DNA of 61,500 bases from Candidatus Nomurabacteria bacterium RIFCSPHIGHO2_02_40_30 (GCA_001785445.1 MFTV01000009.1:1-61500); one strand, 5' to 3'; positions 35,551 through 48,345 are shown, counted from the stretch's first letter. Translations and numbers: made by a program. The notes: generated from the sequence alone by a model not told the origin.

Positions 35551-36982
35551 ATAAATTTTTCTCTATTACTTTATCTTCTTCATTATATGCGACATGTATT
35601 TCCTCGGCAGATGTCCATACTACACCAATCTCGAATATTTTAACTTCTTTTAATCCCAAAAGTGGCGAATTAATTTTATTTAGTTTCAAACTTTCTTTCA
35701 ATCCATCCGCCAAGTTTGCTCTCAAAAAGGTTTTGTCCGACGCAGAAGCAAGAACTGAAACTTCTCCTTTATCAGCGAACGCATAGGTCATAACTTCACT
35801 GTATCCGTCTTCAAGCAATTTATTCCTCGCTAAAGAAATTTTACTATAAGTTTCATTTACTTGTGGCTTAAAATTTATTTTTGGTATTTCTCCTTTTAGT
35901 TTGTCGTAACCTATGACTCTGCCTATCTCTTCCGCCATGTCTTCCTCTGTGACTAGGTCGAGGCGCATGGGTGGAATAATTATCTCAAATTCATTTTTAT
36001 TAAGTACGTATTTAAATACGTATCTCTTCAAAATATCTTCTATTTCTTTTATAGAAACATCTAAACCCAAAATTTTAGAAATCCTATCAGATGAAAAAGA
36101 AAGCTTTCTCTCCTCTTGTTTTTTAGGATAAATATCTACAACATCCTCGAAGATTGCTTCCGGACACATCTCGGCAATAAGAGCCGAGAGTTCTACCATA
36201 GCATATAGCCCTAATTCCGCTGATAAATCGTTTTCAAATCTTTTCCTTGCATCCGTAAAAACATTCAAGGCTTGAGCAGTTTTTCTGATTGAAACTGGAT
36301 CAAAGTTATCGCCTTGTAGAATAATATTCTTTGTTGCAGAGTTTAATTCAGCATGAGTTCCTCCTTTTATCCCAGCCACATCAAGGGGGTTTCCCTCTCC
36401 GTCAGCAAGAACCATCATGGTATCATTCAAAACTTTTTCACTTCCGCCAAGCAAAGTAAGTTTTTCTTTATTTTTTGCCTCTCTTATGACAAGCTTGAGC
36501 CCACCAACTTTATCCATATCAAAAGCATGCATTGGCTGGCCACAGTCAAACATAACTATATTGGTAGCATCCACGATATTGTTTATTGAACGCTGGCCTA
36601 TTGATTCCAAATGTTTTACCATCCATTCTGGTGAAGGCCCAACGATAATATTTCTGACAATTCGACCTACATGTCGTCTACATTTTTGAGTTTTTATCTC
36701 GACTTTGAAATCTGTCGGTTTTGATTCCGGAATTTTATATTTCGGCGTAGGGTCAACGAAAGGAATATTTAAAAGTGAAGCAACTTCACGTGCGACTCCT
36801 TGATGGCTAAGCAAGTCATGGCCTCTATTTGGTAAAATTTTTATATCTAAAATATAATCTCCGTCAGGCAGTTTATCTAGTCTCTCTACTTCCGCCAGAT
36901 GGTATGTCAAAACATCAGCAAGCTCTTCCGCCTTGGGCGCGTCAGGCACATACCACTTTAACCAATTGTAAGAAATTTTCAT
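35534..36982 (-). CDS. pheT: Phenylalanyl-tRNA synthetase beta subunit, main body (B1 to B6/7), truncated before the FDX-ACB domain
   Basis: MKISYNWLKWYVP is the typical PheT start, followed by B3/4 and B5 regions. It lies directly downstream of pheS. Confidence 0.85.
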   Translation of the reverse strand: MKISYNWLKWYVPDAPKAEELADVLTYHLAEVERLDKLPDGDYILDIKILPNRGHDLLSHQGVAREVASLLNIPFVDPTPKYKIPESKPTDFKVEIKTQKCRRHVGRIVRNIIVGPSPEWMVKHLESIGQRSINNIVDATNIVMFDCGQPMHAFDMDKVGGLKLVIREAKNKEKLTLLGGSEKVLNDTMMVLADGEGNPLDVAGIKGGTHAELNSATKNIILQGDNFDPVSIRKTAQALNVFTDARKRFENDLSAELGLYAMVELSALIAEMCPEAIFEDVVDIYPKKQEERKLSFSSDRISKILGLDVSIKEIEDILKRYVFKYVLNKNEFEIIIPPMRLDLVTEEDMAEEIGRVIGYDKLKGEIPKINFKPQVNETYSKISLARNKLLEDGYSEVMTYAFADKGEVSVLASASDKTFLRANLADGLKESLKLNKINSPLLGLKEVKIFEIGVVWTSAEEIHVAYNEEDKVIEKNLYDFAK

Positions 36983-36991
36983 AAAAATATA

Positions 36992-37720
36992 CTAAAACTG
37001 GTTGAGTCGCAGGTCTCCTTGATAAAAAAGCCGAACGTCGGGTATCCCCCATTTAATCATGGCGATACGGTCGAGCCCGCCACCAAAGCAGAAGCCCTGA
37101 TATTTAGCCGGGTCTAGTCCCATATTGCGGATAACTTCAGGGTTGGTCATTCCGCCACCCATCATTTCCAACCACTTGCCCTTAAACTTGGCAAATACTT
37201 CGATCGAAGGCTCGGTAAACGGAAAGAAACTAGGACGAAATTCAATTTCTACATCATCCCCGAGCATTTTTTTATAAAAATTAGTAAGAATAGCTTTCAT
37301 GTGGGCAAGCGAAATCCCGTCTTCTACTCTGCCAAGCATCGAGCCATCTACTTGGAAGAATTGCATTTCATGGGTAGCATCCGTGGCTTCATTACGAAAT
37401 ACTTTACCGACAGAAATAAATGCGTTCGGCACCCTCCCCGCCTTGACGGCATCTTCTGTAGCATGGGCGGTTACTCCGGTGGTATGAGTGCGGAGAACTT
37501 TTTTATTTCTCGCATCGCCTTCGGAACCTTTGATCCAGAAAGTATCCTGCATATCCCGTGCCGGATGATCTTTAGGAATATTTAATGCATCGAAATTATA
37601 CCACTCGGTCTCCATCTCGGGACCTAGGGCAATCTCGAAACCCATCTCGGCAAAAGCCTGGTAAGCCTCATTGGCTAAAATAGAAAGTGGATGTTGTTTT
37701 CCATTTTTGTTTTCTGTCAT
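36992..37720 (-). CDS. pheS: Phenylalanyl-tRNA synthetase alpha subunit, short form (catalytic core only)
   Basis: HPLS..FDALNIPKDHPARDMQDTFWI and class II motifs 2/3 (FRNEATDATHEMQFFQVDG, GFCFGGGLDRIAM); 242 aa, no N-terminal coiled coil. Confidence 0.93.
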   Translation of the reverse strand: MTENKNGKQHPLSILANEAYQAFAEMGFEIALGPEMETEWYNFDALNIPKDHPARDMQDTFWIKGSEGDARNKKVLRTHTTGVTAHATEDAVKAGRVPNAFISVGKVFRNEATDATHEMQFFQVDGSMLGRVEDGISLAHMKAILTNFYKKMLGDDVEIEFRPSFFPFTEPSIEVFAKFKGKWLEMMGGGMTNPEVIRNMGLDPAKYQGFCFGGGLDRIAMIKWGIPDVRLFYQGDLRLNQF

Positions 37721-37726
37721 ATTATT

Positions 37727-38656
37727 TTATTCTACCAAATTTGTTTCAACCGGACTAATTTTCCTCCCATGCCTAGAAAGTACGCACCCACCCCTGCAAA
37801 AAGCTTTACCGTTACTTTTACTAAGGCAATTAACACAGTTGATGAAGTGTCGGTGACAGACCGGATTCGCACAGTTTACATAATTCTCCGACTTTCCTCC
37901 GCAAATATCACATTTACCTATTATTTTATGTTTCGGGTCATCAGTGTAAAATCCCATAGTCACACGCTTGTCAAAAACATATAATTTGCCATTAAAATCT
38001 TCGTTGGGGTATTTCTCCATATAACTCACAATTCCTCCATCAAGCTGATACACATAATTAAACCCTTGTGTAATTAAAAACCCTGATGCCTTTTCACAGC
38101 GCACTCCGCCGGTGCACACAGTCAGCACTGTTTTATTTTTTAAGTGCTTAATCTGCTCCACCACTTTCGGCAAATCTCGGAAATTTTCAATTGGTGGCAG
38201 AATGGAATTTTCGAAATGTCCAACTTTGTGTTCGTACACATTACGCATATCCACAACGTAGAATTCTTTTTTATTTTTGATCCACTTATGCAATTCTTCT
38301 GGTTTTAAATGTACACCGGTAATTTCATTTGGGTTTATGTCACAAGTTCCCAAGTTTAGTGACACTATTTCTTTGCGAACCTTTATCGAAAGTTTCGGAA
38401 AAGCTTCGCCTGTGCCTGCACTCAACTTAAAATGAATATTCTGGAATCTTGCATCTTTCTTATTTTTCTGGAGTTCTTTAATATATTCCTGTATATTTTC
38501 CTTCGTACCTTCAAAGGTAGCATTGATACCTTCATGCGCTATGATACATCTGCCAGTCAAGTCCAATCTAAAGCATGTTTCATCGTGCCACAGCTTTACC
38601 TCCTGTGGATTATCTATGTGTACATATTTGTAAAATAGGATGATTTGATGTTGCAT
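37727..38656 (-). CDS. trhO: Rhodanese-domain protein of the UPF0176/YceA family (tRNA U34 hydroxylase TrhO)
   Basis: ILFYKYVHIDNP.., rhodanese active site CTGGVRCEKASGFL, and a C-terminal Cys cluster. Confidence 0.8.
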   Translation of the reverse strand: MQHQIILFYKYVHIDNPQEVKLWHDETCFRLDLTGRCIIAHEGINATFEGTKENIQEYIKELQKNKKDARFQNIHFKLSAGTGEAFPKLSIKVRKEIVSLNLGTCDINPNEITGVHLKPEELHKWIKNKKEFYVVDMRNVYEHKVGHFENSILPPIENFRDLPKVVEQIKHLKNKTVLTVCTGGVRCEKASGFLITQGFNYVYQLDGGIVSYMEKYPNEDFNGKLYVFDKRVTMGFYTDDPKHKIIGKCDICGGKSENYVNCANPVCHRHFINCVNCLSKSNGKAFCRGGCVLSRHGRKISPVETNLVE

Positions 38657-38666
38657 TATCTAAAAG

Positions 38667-41528
38667 TTATACATAAATCTCAGCTATTTTGCAATATGGG
38701 CACTCTATGTTTTTACCGTAGGAATTGTAATTACATGGACGTTTTAGCCACTCGCCACTTTTGATGAGAGCATCGTAATCGCTAATGTCTTTGAGAAGTA
38801 AATCAATTTTTTTATCGTCGATAAACGTATCGTAAAAGGATTCCCTTGGGCTTTTGGCTTCTAAAAATTCTAGTCTGCTCTCCGAGACGTTAGTCCCACG
38901 CCACGCAGGGCTATTGTTTAAAAGATATGAATACATGGCGAGCTGGCGCATGTTGCTCCCGAACCTCCCTTCTTCATCTAATTTTTCAATTTCAGATTTT
39001 TTGCGTGGGCTTCCAGTCTTAAAATCGGTCACTCGCAGACTGTCTCTAGAAAGTTTTTCAATCAAATCGATCCTGCCATACATTTTAAAATGTGGAAATT
39101 TTTTATCCTGCACCGATATTGGTTGTTCGTTGGCTCGATCTACTGCAATCTCAGGTAAGCGATCTTTCACCCAGCCCGAAAGTATTTTCAGTACTGCCTT
39201 GTCACCTACTGCATATTTTTCCAGAATTTCTGCGCTAATTTTCCCTTTGAACTGCAAAATTTTATCTACAGCTTTATGAACATTACCCCCGAACTCCATG
39301 CTCTCACTTCCCTCCTCAGGGAGCTGTAATAAATTTTGGAAATACCATTTCCACGGACATTCAAAAAAATTATTGAGAAGCCATGCCGAAATATATCTGT
39401 CAGCGTATTTTTGCATGACAAGTTTTGAGAGCTTTGACAGATCTTGCACTGTTTTCTTTTTCTGTATTATTTTTGCTGTATGTTTTTCAAACACCTCCAG
39501 AGGAAGCGACACAATAACTTTTGCAAGTTCCTGATCTATTCCCTTTTTTGAACCAGTGGCATATGAGAGTGTACAAAAACATTTGGCCCGAGTTATAGCA
39601 ACGAAAAGTTTGCGTTTTATGGCATCAATGTCACGCTCTTCGATTTTCTCTGCAATAATTTCTGGTAGAGTAAAACCAAGCCTTTTACCACCCGAGAGAG
39701 ATTTTTCATCCATATGCGCTATCCAGACATAGTCGAATTCAAGACCTTTGCTCGAGTGCATAGTGAGCACTTTAATACCGTCTTTTTTGTCTGAAAGAAT
39801 AGGAATCACTTCGCCATAGAGCTCCAGTCGAGCGAGATATAATATACAATCATGCAAACCTGTACTCGGTCTTTTTTCTAAAAGCGAAAGAATAGTGTCT
39901 ATTATTTCTTTTCCAGTAATCAATTTTTCTTTATTTTCTGGAAATAATTCTTCCGTTATTTTTTGAATTAGTGTCTTTACATCATCATGGAGAGCATATT
40001 GTTTGAAATGTGCAAGCTTCGCTATCCACTTTTCTACACTATTCCCCTCGAAAAGCTTCGGGGCTCTATCAAAAAGGGCTTGCACTCCAAACTCACGCAT
40101 CTTTTCTCCAGCAAAAAATGTGTGTGCATCAATAGGGTCGACAAGAGAACACTCATCAAAAAAAGAAAGTGCCAGAGATGATACATCACCCGAATCAATT
40201 ATTTTTAAAACTCGTAGTAATGCAGCTGTTTCTTTTTGGTCAAAAAGGCTCAGTGTCTCGTGTGTTGCGACGGGCAATCTTTCTTTGTGTAATATCTGGA
40301 TTGCATCTCTCACCTGTAGATTCTTTGGCACGAGAATGGCACAACTGCTCGGACTCAATCCTTCTTTTATTTTTTCCTTAAGATCTTCTGCAACTGCCAT
40401 AATTTCATCGTAGGGTGTATCTACTTCAATGAGCTTGATCGGATGATGCTCTTTATTTTCACTTACCAACTTTTCCTTCGTCATAACACTTTTAAGTAGT
40501 GCATGTGCAGCATCGAGAATTACCTGCGTGGAACGATAATTTTGGACAAGGGGAATAAGTTTTGCACTAGGAAAGGTTTTTCTAAAACCCTTAAAATGGT
40601 CAATGGAAGCACCACTAAAGCCATATATTAGCTGGCGATCATCTCCAACTACAAAAATATCTGGTTTAGGAACTTCGTCCCAGACTTTTGCAAGAAATTC
40701 ATTCTGCGCTCGTGAAGAATCCTGATGTTCATCTACGAGCACATACAAATACCGTTCCTGTATTTGTGCCCGGACTTCACTTCCTATTTCAACCAGTTCG
40801 ACTAAATATTCGAGAACATCATCATAGTCAATCATGCCTCGCTGTATCTTTTCGTCTTCATAGAGCTCCAAAAATTTAGCAACTTCTTTGGTTTTTTGGA
40901 GTCCCTCAATCTTGTTTTGTATTTCTTTTTTTATTCCACCCTTCGTTTCACCCCGCGAAGAAATACTACTCTCATCAGTTTGTAGAAATGTGAGTTCTTT
41001 TTCAATAGCTTTTTCAAAATCTTCTCGTGATATACGTTCACGCTTCATGAGTGAGATGAGAGAGCGAAGGTCATGATAATATCTAGTACTGTCAGCACGA
41101 GGACGAAGATATACCCAATCATGTGTATTTAGAATTTCATGAAAAAAGAGCGCGGCTTCAGTCTCATCGAGAAGTTTCGGCGCTTCGGGAAAACCCAAAA
41201 CTCTAAAATGTTCACTTATAACTTGCATACCAAAGCTGTGAAAAGTAAAAACATTTACCGCCTCCCCCGCATCACCTATATAGCGGACAAGTCTTTCTTT
41301 CATAGCTTCCACTGCAGAGTTGGTAAAAGTGAGGCACAGAATTCCACTAGCCCCGATGTCTGTCTTATTTAAAATATTCGCAATCCGAAGAGCCAGAATC
41401 TGGGTTTTCCCTGTACCTGGACCCGCCACTACCATCACCGGTCCATCAATAGAATCTACCGCCTCTTTTTGCTCTTTATTAAGCTTTTTGTATTCTGTTT
41501 CAAAATTTTTATTATTTATATTAGCCAT
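38667..41528 (-). CDS. UvrD/PcrA-family SF1 helicase fused to a C-terminal RecB/Cas4-type PD-(D/E)xK nuclease with Cys (Fe-S-like) ligands
   Basis: Walker A VVAGPGTGKTQ and motif II VLVDEHQDSS. The C-terminus has CPWKWYF, GRIDLIE..VTDFKTG, QLAMYSYL and the trailing C..CPYC. Confidence 0.8.
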   Translation of the reverse strand: MANINNKNFETEYKKLNKEQKEAVDSIDGPVMVVAGPGTGKTQILALRIANILNKTDIGASGILCLTFTNSAVEAMKERLVRYIGDAGEAVNVFTFHSFGMQVISEHFRVLGFPEAPKLLDETEAALFFHEILNTHDWVYLRPRADSTRYYHDLRSLISLMKRERISREDFEKAIEKELTFLQTDESSISSRGETKGGIKKEIQNKIEGLQKTKEVAKFLELYEDEKIQRGMIDYDDVLEYLVELVEIGSEVRAQIQERYLYVLVDEHQDSSRAQNEFLAKVWDEVPKPDIFVVGDDRQLIYGFSGASIDHFKGFRKTFPSAKLIPLVQNYRSTQVILDAAHALLKSVMTKEKLVSENKEHHPIKLIEVDTPYDEIMAVAEDLKEKIKEGLSPSSCAILVPKNLQVRDAIQILHKERLPVATHETLSLFDQKETAALLRVLKIIDSGDVSSLALSFFDECSLVDPIDAHTFFAGEKMREFGVQALFDRAPKLFEGNSVEKWIAKLAHFKQYALHDDVKTLIQKITEELFPENKEKLITGKEIIDTILSLLEKRPSTGLHDCILYLARLELYGEVIPILSDKKDGIKVLTMHSSKGLEFDYVWIAHMDEKSLSGGKRLGFTLPEIIAEKIEERDIDAIKRKLFVAITRAKCFCTLSYATGSKKGIDQELAKVIVSLPLEVFEKHTAKIIQKKKTVQDLSKLSKLVMQKYADRYISAWLLNNFFECPWKWYFQNLLQLPEEGSESMEFGGNVHKAVDKILQFKGKISAEILEKYAVGDKAVLKILSGWVKDRLPEIAVDRANEQPISVQDKKFPHFKMYGRIDLIEKLSRDSLRVTDFKTGSPRKKSEIEKLDEEGRFGSNMRQLAMYSYLLNNSPAWRGTNVSESRLEFLEAKSPRESFYDTFIDDKKIDLLLKDISDYDALIKSGEWLKRPCNYNSYGKNIECPYCKIAEIYV

Positions 41529-42435
41529 GTTTTAAAACATTTTTTGATTTCCAGAAGAAAAATCCAATTATAAGGAAAGTGGCAACTGGAGAAATATATT
41601 CCGGAATATGGAAATTAAAACTGTGTAATATCATTACAATACCCAATACTAATATTGAATACATTGCTCCGTTTTTTAAATAAATATATTTCTTTATGTG
41701 TTCTATGTTACGTATTGTTAGATCTCGCACTAAGAGCGCGCCCAAGCCGTTGCCAAGTAAAATAAGTGGCACTGAAAGCGTAAAGGCAAAAGCGCCCAGC
41801 ACGCCATCAATAGAGAAGGTAGTATCTATAATTTCCAAGAAAAAAAGCTTGCTCAAATCCGAGTGCGTACTACCTAACAATTTTTTCTCTTGTTCTTCGG
41901 CATTTTGTTTGAAACCATGGGAAATAAAAAACAAACTTGACCCGACCACCGCACCGAAGCCCATTAGACTACTCTCTTTAAGGGCAAACCAAGCAATGAT
42001 TGAAAGCAAGACTGATACAATACTGTAGAACCAGACCCCCTTCGCCATAAAAAACTTTTCTGTTCTTGGTAAACCCAATTTTTTATCCTCCAAGAAGAGC
42101 CAATGCAAGAAAAGAAAGAGTAGAAATACGCCACCGGCAACCAAGAGTATCGGCGCTGACTTTTCTATGGACTCCAAAACCAAAGGATCGTTGGACCAAG
42201 CAGCGGATAAAATTTGTATCGGGGTAAGTGATGTGTTGAAAGCCCAGATGATTAAAAAGGGTAAGGCTCCGCGAACCAGAAACACCGCAATAAACATGCC
42301 CCAAGTTAAAAACCATTTTCTGGCTCTCGCCCCCATAGTCTGTAAAACTTCAGCATTGATAATGGCATTATCAACAGAAGAAACCGCCTCAAAAAGCGAC
42401 AAGCCAAGTATTGTGATAAAAGCAGTAAATAGCAT
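41521..42435 (-). CDS. TerC/DUF475-family integral membrane protein
   Basis: LFEAVSSVDNAIINAEVL at the N-terminus, a repeated FSIDGVLGAFAFT motif, and multiple TM helices. Confidence 0.55.
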   Translation of the reverse strand: MLFTAFITILGLSLFEAVSSVDNAIINAEVLQTMGARARKWFLTWGMFIAVFLVRGALPFLIIWAFNTSLTPIQILSAAWSNDPLVLESIEKSAPILLVAGGVFLLFLFLHWLFLEDKKLGLPRTEKFFMAKGVWFYSIVSVLLSIIAWFALKESSLMGFGAVVGSSLFFISHGFKQNAEEQEKKLLGSTHSDLSKLFFLEIIDTTFSIDGVLGAFAFTLSVPLILLGNGLGALLVRDLTIRNIEHIKKYIYLKNGAMYSILVLGIVMILHSFNFHIPEYISPVATFLIIGFFFWKSKNVLKHG

Positions 42436-42487
42436 TATTGTATTTTACTCCATTTTCCGATTTTTGTCCTTTTGATGGTGACTCGGG

Positions 42488-42574
42488 CGGAACCGGAGAG
42501 ATTTGAACTCTCGAGACCCTTTCGAGCCTGCCACCTTTCCAAGGTGGTGCACTAGACCGCTATGCGACGGTTCC
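42488..42574 (-). tRNA. tRNA-Ser (anticodon GGA), no encoded CCA
   Basis: Manual fold: GGAACCG/CGGTTCC acceptor, CCACC-TTGGAAA-GGTGG anticodon arm, a long variable arm with a GAAA tetraloop, GAGAG-TTCAAAT-CTCTC T-arm, discriminator G; 87 nt. Confidence 0.88.
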
Positions 42575-42681
42575 ATATACTAAAATACTCTACCATATTT
42601 TCAAAATAAAACAGTTACATAATCTATTACGTAATACATTACGTACCTTTCTTAACATATCATATATGATAGATTAAGGAA

Positions 42682-45150
<2,469 letters not shown>

Positions 45151-45163
<13 letters not shown>

Positions 45164-45741
45164 TTAAATAAACTCTCTGAGAAAGTTGTGCTGTAGACTC
45201 CAGAGCCTTGCGTCCAAGAGACAGTCGAGGAAATTTTAGTTTGATTGCCATCTGGCTGACTTATTTGAATCTTGCGAGTAAAACCGGAATTAGTGCCGGA
45301 AACATAATTATACTTACCTGTGCTAGAGTCGTAAAGTAAAATACCTTGAGGACAACCTGAAGAAAGGCAAGCAGATAAGATAAGGTCTGTCATTGGCATA
45401 GTTGTATCTGAAAAGGAAACATTTCTGTTATCAAAATAACAACCGTTAACCCCCCCGCATGAAGCGTCATTAAGTTTTGTATTAAATGCACTCCAGCCGA
45501 GGGTACTTGTGGCGCTATAGAGTACATAAGTGTCTCGCATATTCCTAATGTATTCAACGCCCTCTTGCGCCAGATATGAAGCCAGTATTTTTTGTTTGGC
45601 GTAATTTGTATTAGAAATTCCCTGACCAAGAACTGACATCAACGCTAAAACTGATATGGAGAAAATTGAAATGGCGATAAGCGTCTCGACTAGGGTAAAA
45701 GCTCTATTTAACTTATTATTTTTTTTTAAAAATGATTTCAT
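45151..45741 (-). CDS. Type IV minor pilin (prepilin-type N-terminal cleavage/methylation motif)
   Basis: ..KLNRAFTLVETLIAISIFSISVL.. with Glu at +5. Confidence 0.7.
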
Positions 45742-45779
45742 GTCTTTATAACTTTATGAACTTTCAACTTCATAACTTT

Positions 45780-46412
45780 TTATATATCTACCAATCTTTG
45801 AGACACCGATGTTTGTAAAGAAAAAGGCGTGACGACATCTTTGAAAGTTATTTTGCCAACTAATCTAATAGTAACAAAAGGCTGTTGGCTGTTGGTGGCG
45901 ACAGATTCGGCGCCTAGGACCGAAAACCCGGACACTTGAACACCGGCAACTTGACCAGTAATTACAATTTCTTCGGGGGTTAATTGAACAAAACTAGCGG
46001 CAGCATAAGGGCCTTGGGTTGCTTTAAAAATTTTACCAAAATTATCTATATAATAGACCCATTGATTATTTTGGTCAGCTACCTGATTAGCTGGAGTCCC
46101 TGAAGATTCAAAGGCAACTCCCCAACAACTAGGACCACTTTTTGCCGTGCTAACATTAGATAAATTATCAGCTCCTGTAATACAATAATACTTGGACCCT
46201 GTTCTTAAATTTCTAGACATATCTTCCATAATGAAGCTCAAATTGTCTATAATCGAGCGCATATTTTGCGATTTCTGGTGAAGTAAATTGGCATTTAAAA
46301 GCGCCCCCATGCCGGCCATGATAATAACCAAGAAAAGAGAGATGGCAATCATTGTTTCTATAATGGTATAGCCTCCTTTACAATTTTCAATTTTCAATTT
46401 TACAATTTTCAT
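45780..46412 (-). CDS. Type IV minor pilin
   Basis: ..NCKGGYTIIETMIAISLFLVIIM.. is a prepilin motif with Glu5. Confidence 0.7.
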   Translation of the reverse strand: MKIVKLKIENCKGGYTIIETMIAISLFLVIIMAGMGALLNANLLHQKSQNMRSIIDNLSFIMEDMSRNLRTGSKYYCITGADNLSNVSTAKSGPSCWGVAFESSGTPANQVADQNNQWVYYIDNFGKIFKATQGPYAAASFVQLTPEEIVITGQVAGVQVSGFSVLGAESVATNSQQPFVTIRLVGKITFKDVVTPFSLQTSVSQRLVDI

Positions 46413-46419
46413 TTATTTC

Positions 46420-47049
46420 TTAATTTATTTGGATTCTGCCGGAAGGATATATTTTTATAGTAGCAGTAGATGAGCTAGGTGAAGAAATAGTTATTTGAGC
46501 ATAAGAAATATTCGGATTTAGGGGCGGACTTGACTTTATAACTGCAGATGAGTCAGGTCTTTTGAAACTTACTGTCAAGTAATTCAAGGAGGCAGTGCTG
46601 CTGTCTTGGTAAAAAACATCCAATCTCGTAATATTGTTGCCTTTTGTAATATCAATTTTTTCCAAACATTCATCAGTACAAGCAGTTCCCTCAAAAAAGC
46701 CGTTCTGTTTAGGAGGAGGATCCGTATAATCAAGATCAGTAAAGTAAATAAAACTTGTTTTGGCGATAGCAGTGGAAACGTCAAAAAAAAGTCCGTAAGA
46801 AGGCTTCCATGTACTGGGATCCGAGAGTGTATGTGTGGCCGGAGGAAATCTACCAGACAAAGATGACTTCTGCGCTTCAACAATTTTTAAGGCAATATCG
46901 CTAGCTAAGTTTCTAATATCTACCTTCGCTTGAAATTCTCCATAATTAAAAAGAACAATGGAGGTCATTATGGAAAAAATAGATAAAACAACTATGAGTT
47001 CCACATAAGTCATGCCTTTATTCTTTTGAATTTTCATTAATTTTTTCAT
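46420..47049 (-). CDS. Type IV minor pilin
   Basis: ..KNKGMTYVELIVVLSIFSIMTS.. is a prepilin motif with Glu5. Confidence 0.7.
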   Translation of the reverse strand: MKKLMKIQKNKGMTYVELIVVLSIFSIMTSIVLFNYGEFQAKVDIRNLASDIALKIVEAQKSSLSGRFPPATHTLSDPSTWKPSYGLFFDVSTAIAKTSFIYFTDLDYTDPPPKQNGFFEGTACTDECLEKIDITKGNNITRLDVFYQDSSTASLNYLTVSFKRPDSSAVIKSSPPLNPNISYAQITISSPSSSTATIKIYPSGRIQIN

Positions 47050-47834
47050 AGTGGAAAAAGACGTAGGTCAAAAATAAATGCTAAGAATGCACCGAGAACT
47101 AAATAAGGCGCGAAAGGAATTTCGCTTTTCATTCCATAATTTTTTGCCAGCCTCGCCGAGTCTAAGCGGGAAAAAACAATAAGACTTAGCCCAACGGCTG
47201 CCCCAGACCAAAAAGCTATAACCAAAGAAGAAAAGGCAAGAGACAGGCCCAGTAACCAGCCGATACCAAGAGCCAATTTAGCGTCTCCTAATCCCATCCA
47301 TCTACCACCCGAGATAAGCCAAAAGAGAGCAAAAGGCAGTGCTATGAGTGGTCCCGCCAAAAACTCTAACAAGCCTGGAGTATGAATAAAAAATAGGCCC
47401 AAAAAAGCAAACAAACAAAAAATAAAAACAAGAGAGTCGGGTATTATTTTGTGCCTTAAATCATACACTGCGATAACTAAGAGAAGTGAAAACGTGACCG
47501 CATAATATGCGTACACCCCCAAAAAGGCTAAGCTGAAAAAATCGTACTCCGCTTGGAGTTTTGCAAAAAGTAGTGCAAAAACTAATCCAGTGATAAATTC
47601 TACTAGTGGATACTGAATTGAGATTTTTGTTTTACAACTTTTACATCTACCCCGAAGTCCCAGAAAACTAAATACAGGTATAAGCTCATACCAAGAAAGT
47701 TTACTTTGACAAGACATGCAGGCGCTTCGCCCACCGAGAGACCTAGCTGTGTTCAGGCGATAAATAACAACATTTAAGAAACTTCCAATAATGAGTCCAA
47801 GAATAAAAAAAATAATTGTCAGAATCAATGTCAT
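47046..47834 (-). CDS. pilD: Prepilin peptidase (A24 family) PilD
   Basis: GSFLNVVIYRL, Cys pairs CMSCQ / CKSCK, and the GLGDAKL aspartyl motif. Confidence 0.9.
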   Translation of the reverse strand: MTLILTIIFFILGLIIGSFLNVVIYRLNTARSLGGRSACMSCQSKLSWYELIPVFSFLGLRGRCKSCKTKISIQYPLVEFITGLVFALLFAKLQAEYDFFSLAFLGVYAYYAVTFSLLLVIAVYDLRHKIIPDSLVFIFCLFAFLGLFFIHTPGLLEFLAGPLIALPFALFWLISGGRWMGLGDAKLALGIGWLLGLSLAFSSLVIAFWSGAAVGLSLIVFSRLDSARLAKNYGMKSEIPFAPYLVLGAFLAFIFDLRLFPL

Positions 47835-47841
47835 ATATCCA

Positions 47842-48345
47842 CTAATTGCAAGTGAAGGTTGTAGTATTAATAGCTCCCGAGGGAATAGAATTTACAACTT
47901 TTGCTGTTCCTGTAACATCTACACACCAAGAAGTATTGGGAACTAACTTCAATCCGACGGCGACAGCCCAAGTGCTGTCAGAATTATAACAAGAACTCCC
48001 ATTGCCTCTTTTAAGAGCTTCGGCTATGGAATCAGCGATGTTTTTATTTTTTGATAACATATTGGTTCCAGACGAGATATATGTAGGACAAGTACCAATT
48101 GGAAATGTTACACCTGTGGCTGCCGGCAAATATGAATTACTATTATCAAGATAAAAAATCTCAGCTACTTGTCTCATAGTAGCCAAATTGGTTTTCACAG
48201 CAGTATCATCACCCTTTTTCTTGGCGCTACCCAAATATCCCATAGTAATACTAGCTAGAAGCCCAATAATCGCTACAACCACCAAAAGTTCAATCAATGT
48301 AAAACCTTTTTTATATAGATTCATAATAAAATAAAAGTTATTCAT
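47842..48345 (-). CDS. Type IV pilin, second copy
   Basis: ..LYKKGFTLIELLVVVAIIGLLASI.. An alternative start at Met8 (48324) gives the short leader MNLYKKG/F. Confidence 0.85.
   Translation of the reverse strand: MNNFYFIMNLYKKGFTLIELLVVVAIIGLLASITMGYLGSAKKKGDDTAVKTNLATMRQVAEIFYLDNSNSYLPAATGVTFPIGTCPTYISSGTNMLSKNKNIADSIAEALKRGNGSSCYNSDSTWAVAVGLKLVPNTSWCVDVTGTAKVVNSIPSGAINTTTFTCN

Noticed and set aside
42575-42681. ATTACGTA x2 direct repeat and ATCATATATGAT palindrome between ligA and tRNA-Ser, considered as a regulatory or mobile element
   Set aside because: They are short, AT-only, single-occurrence motifs in an AT-rich spacer. They are indistinguishable from chance or a weak terminator without comparative data.
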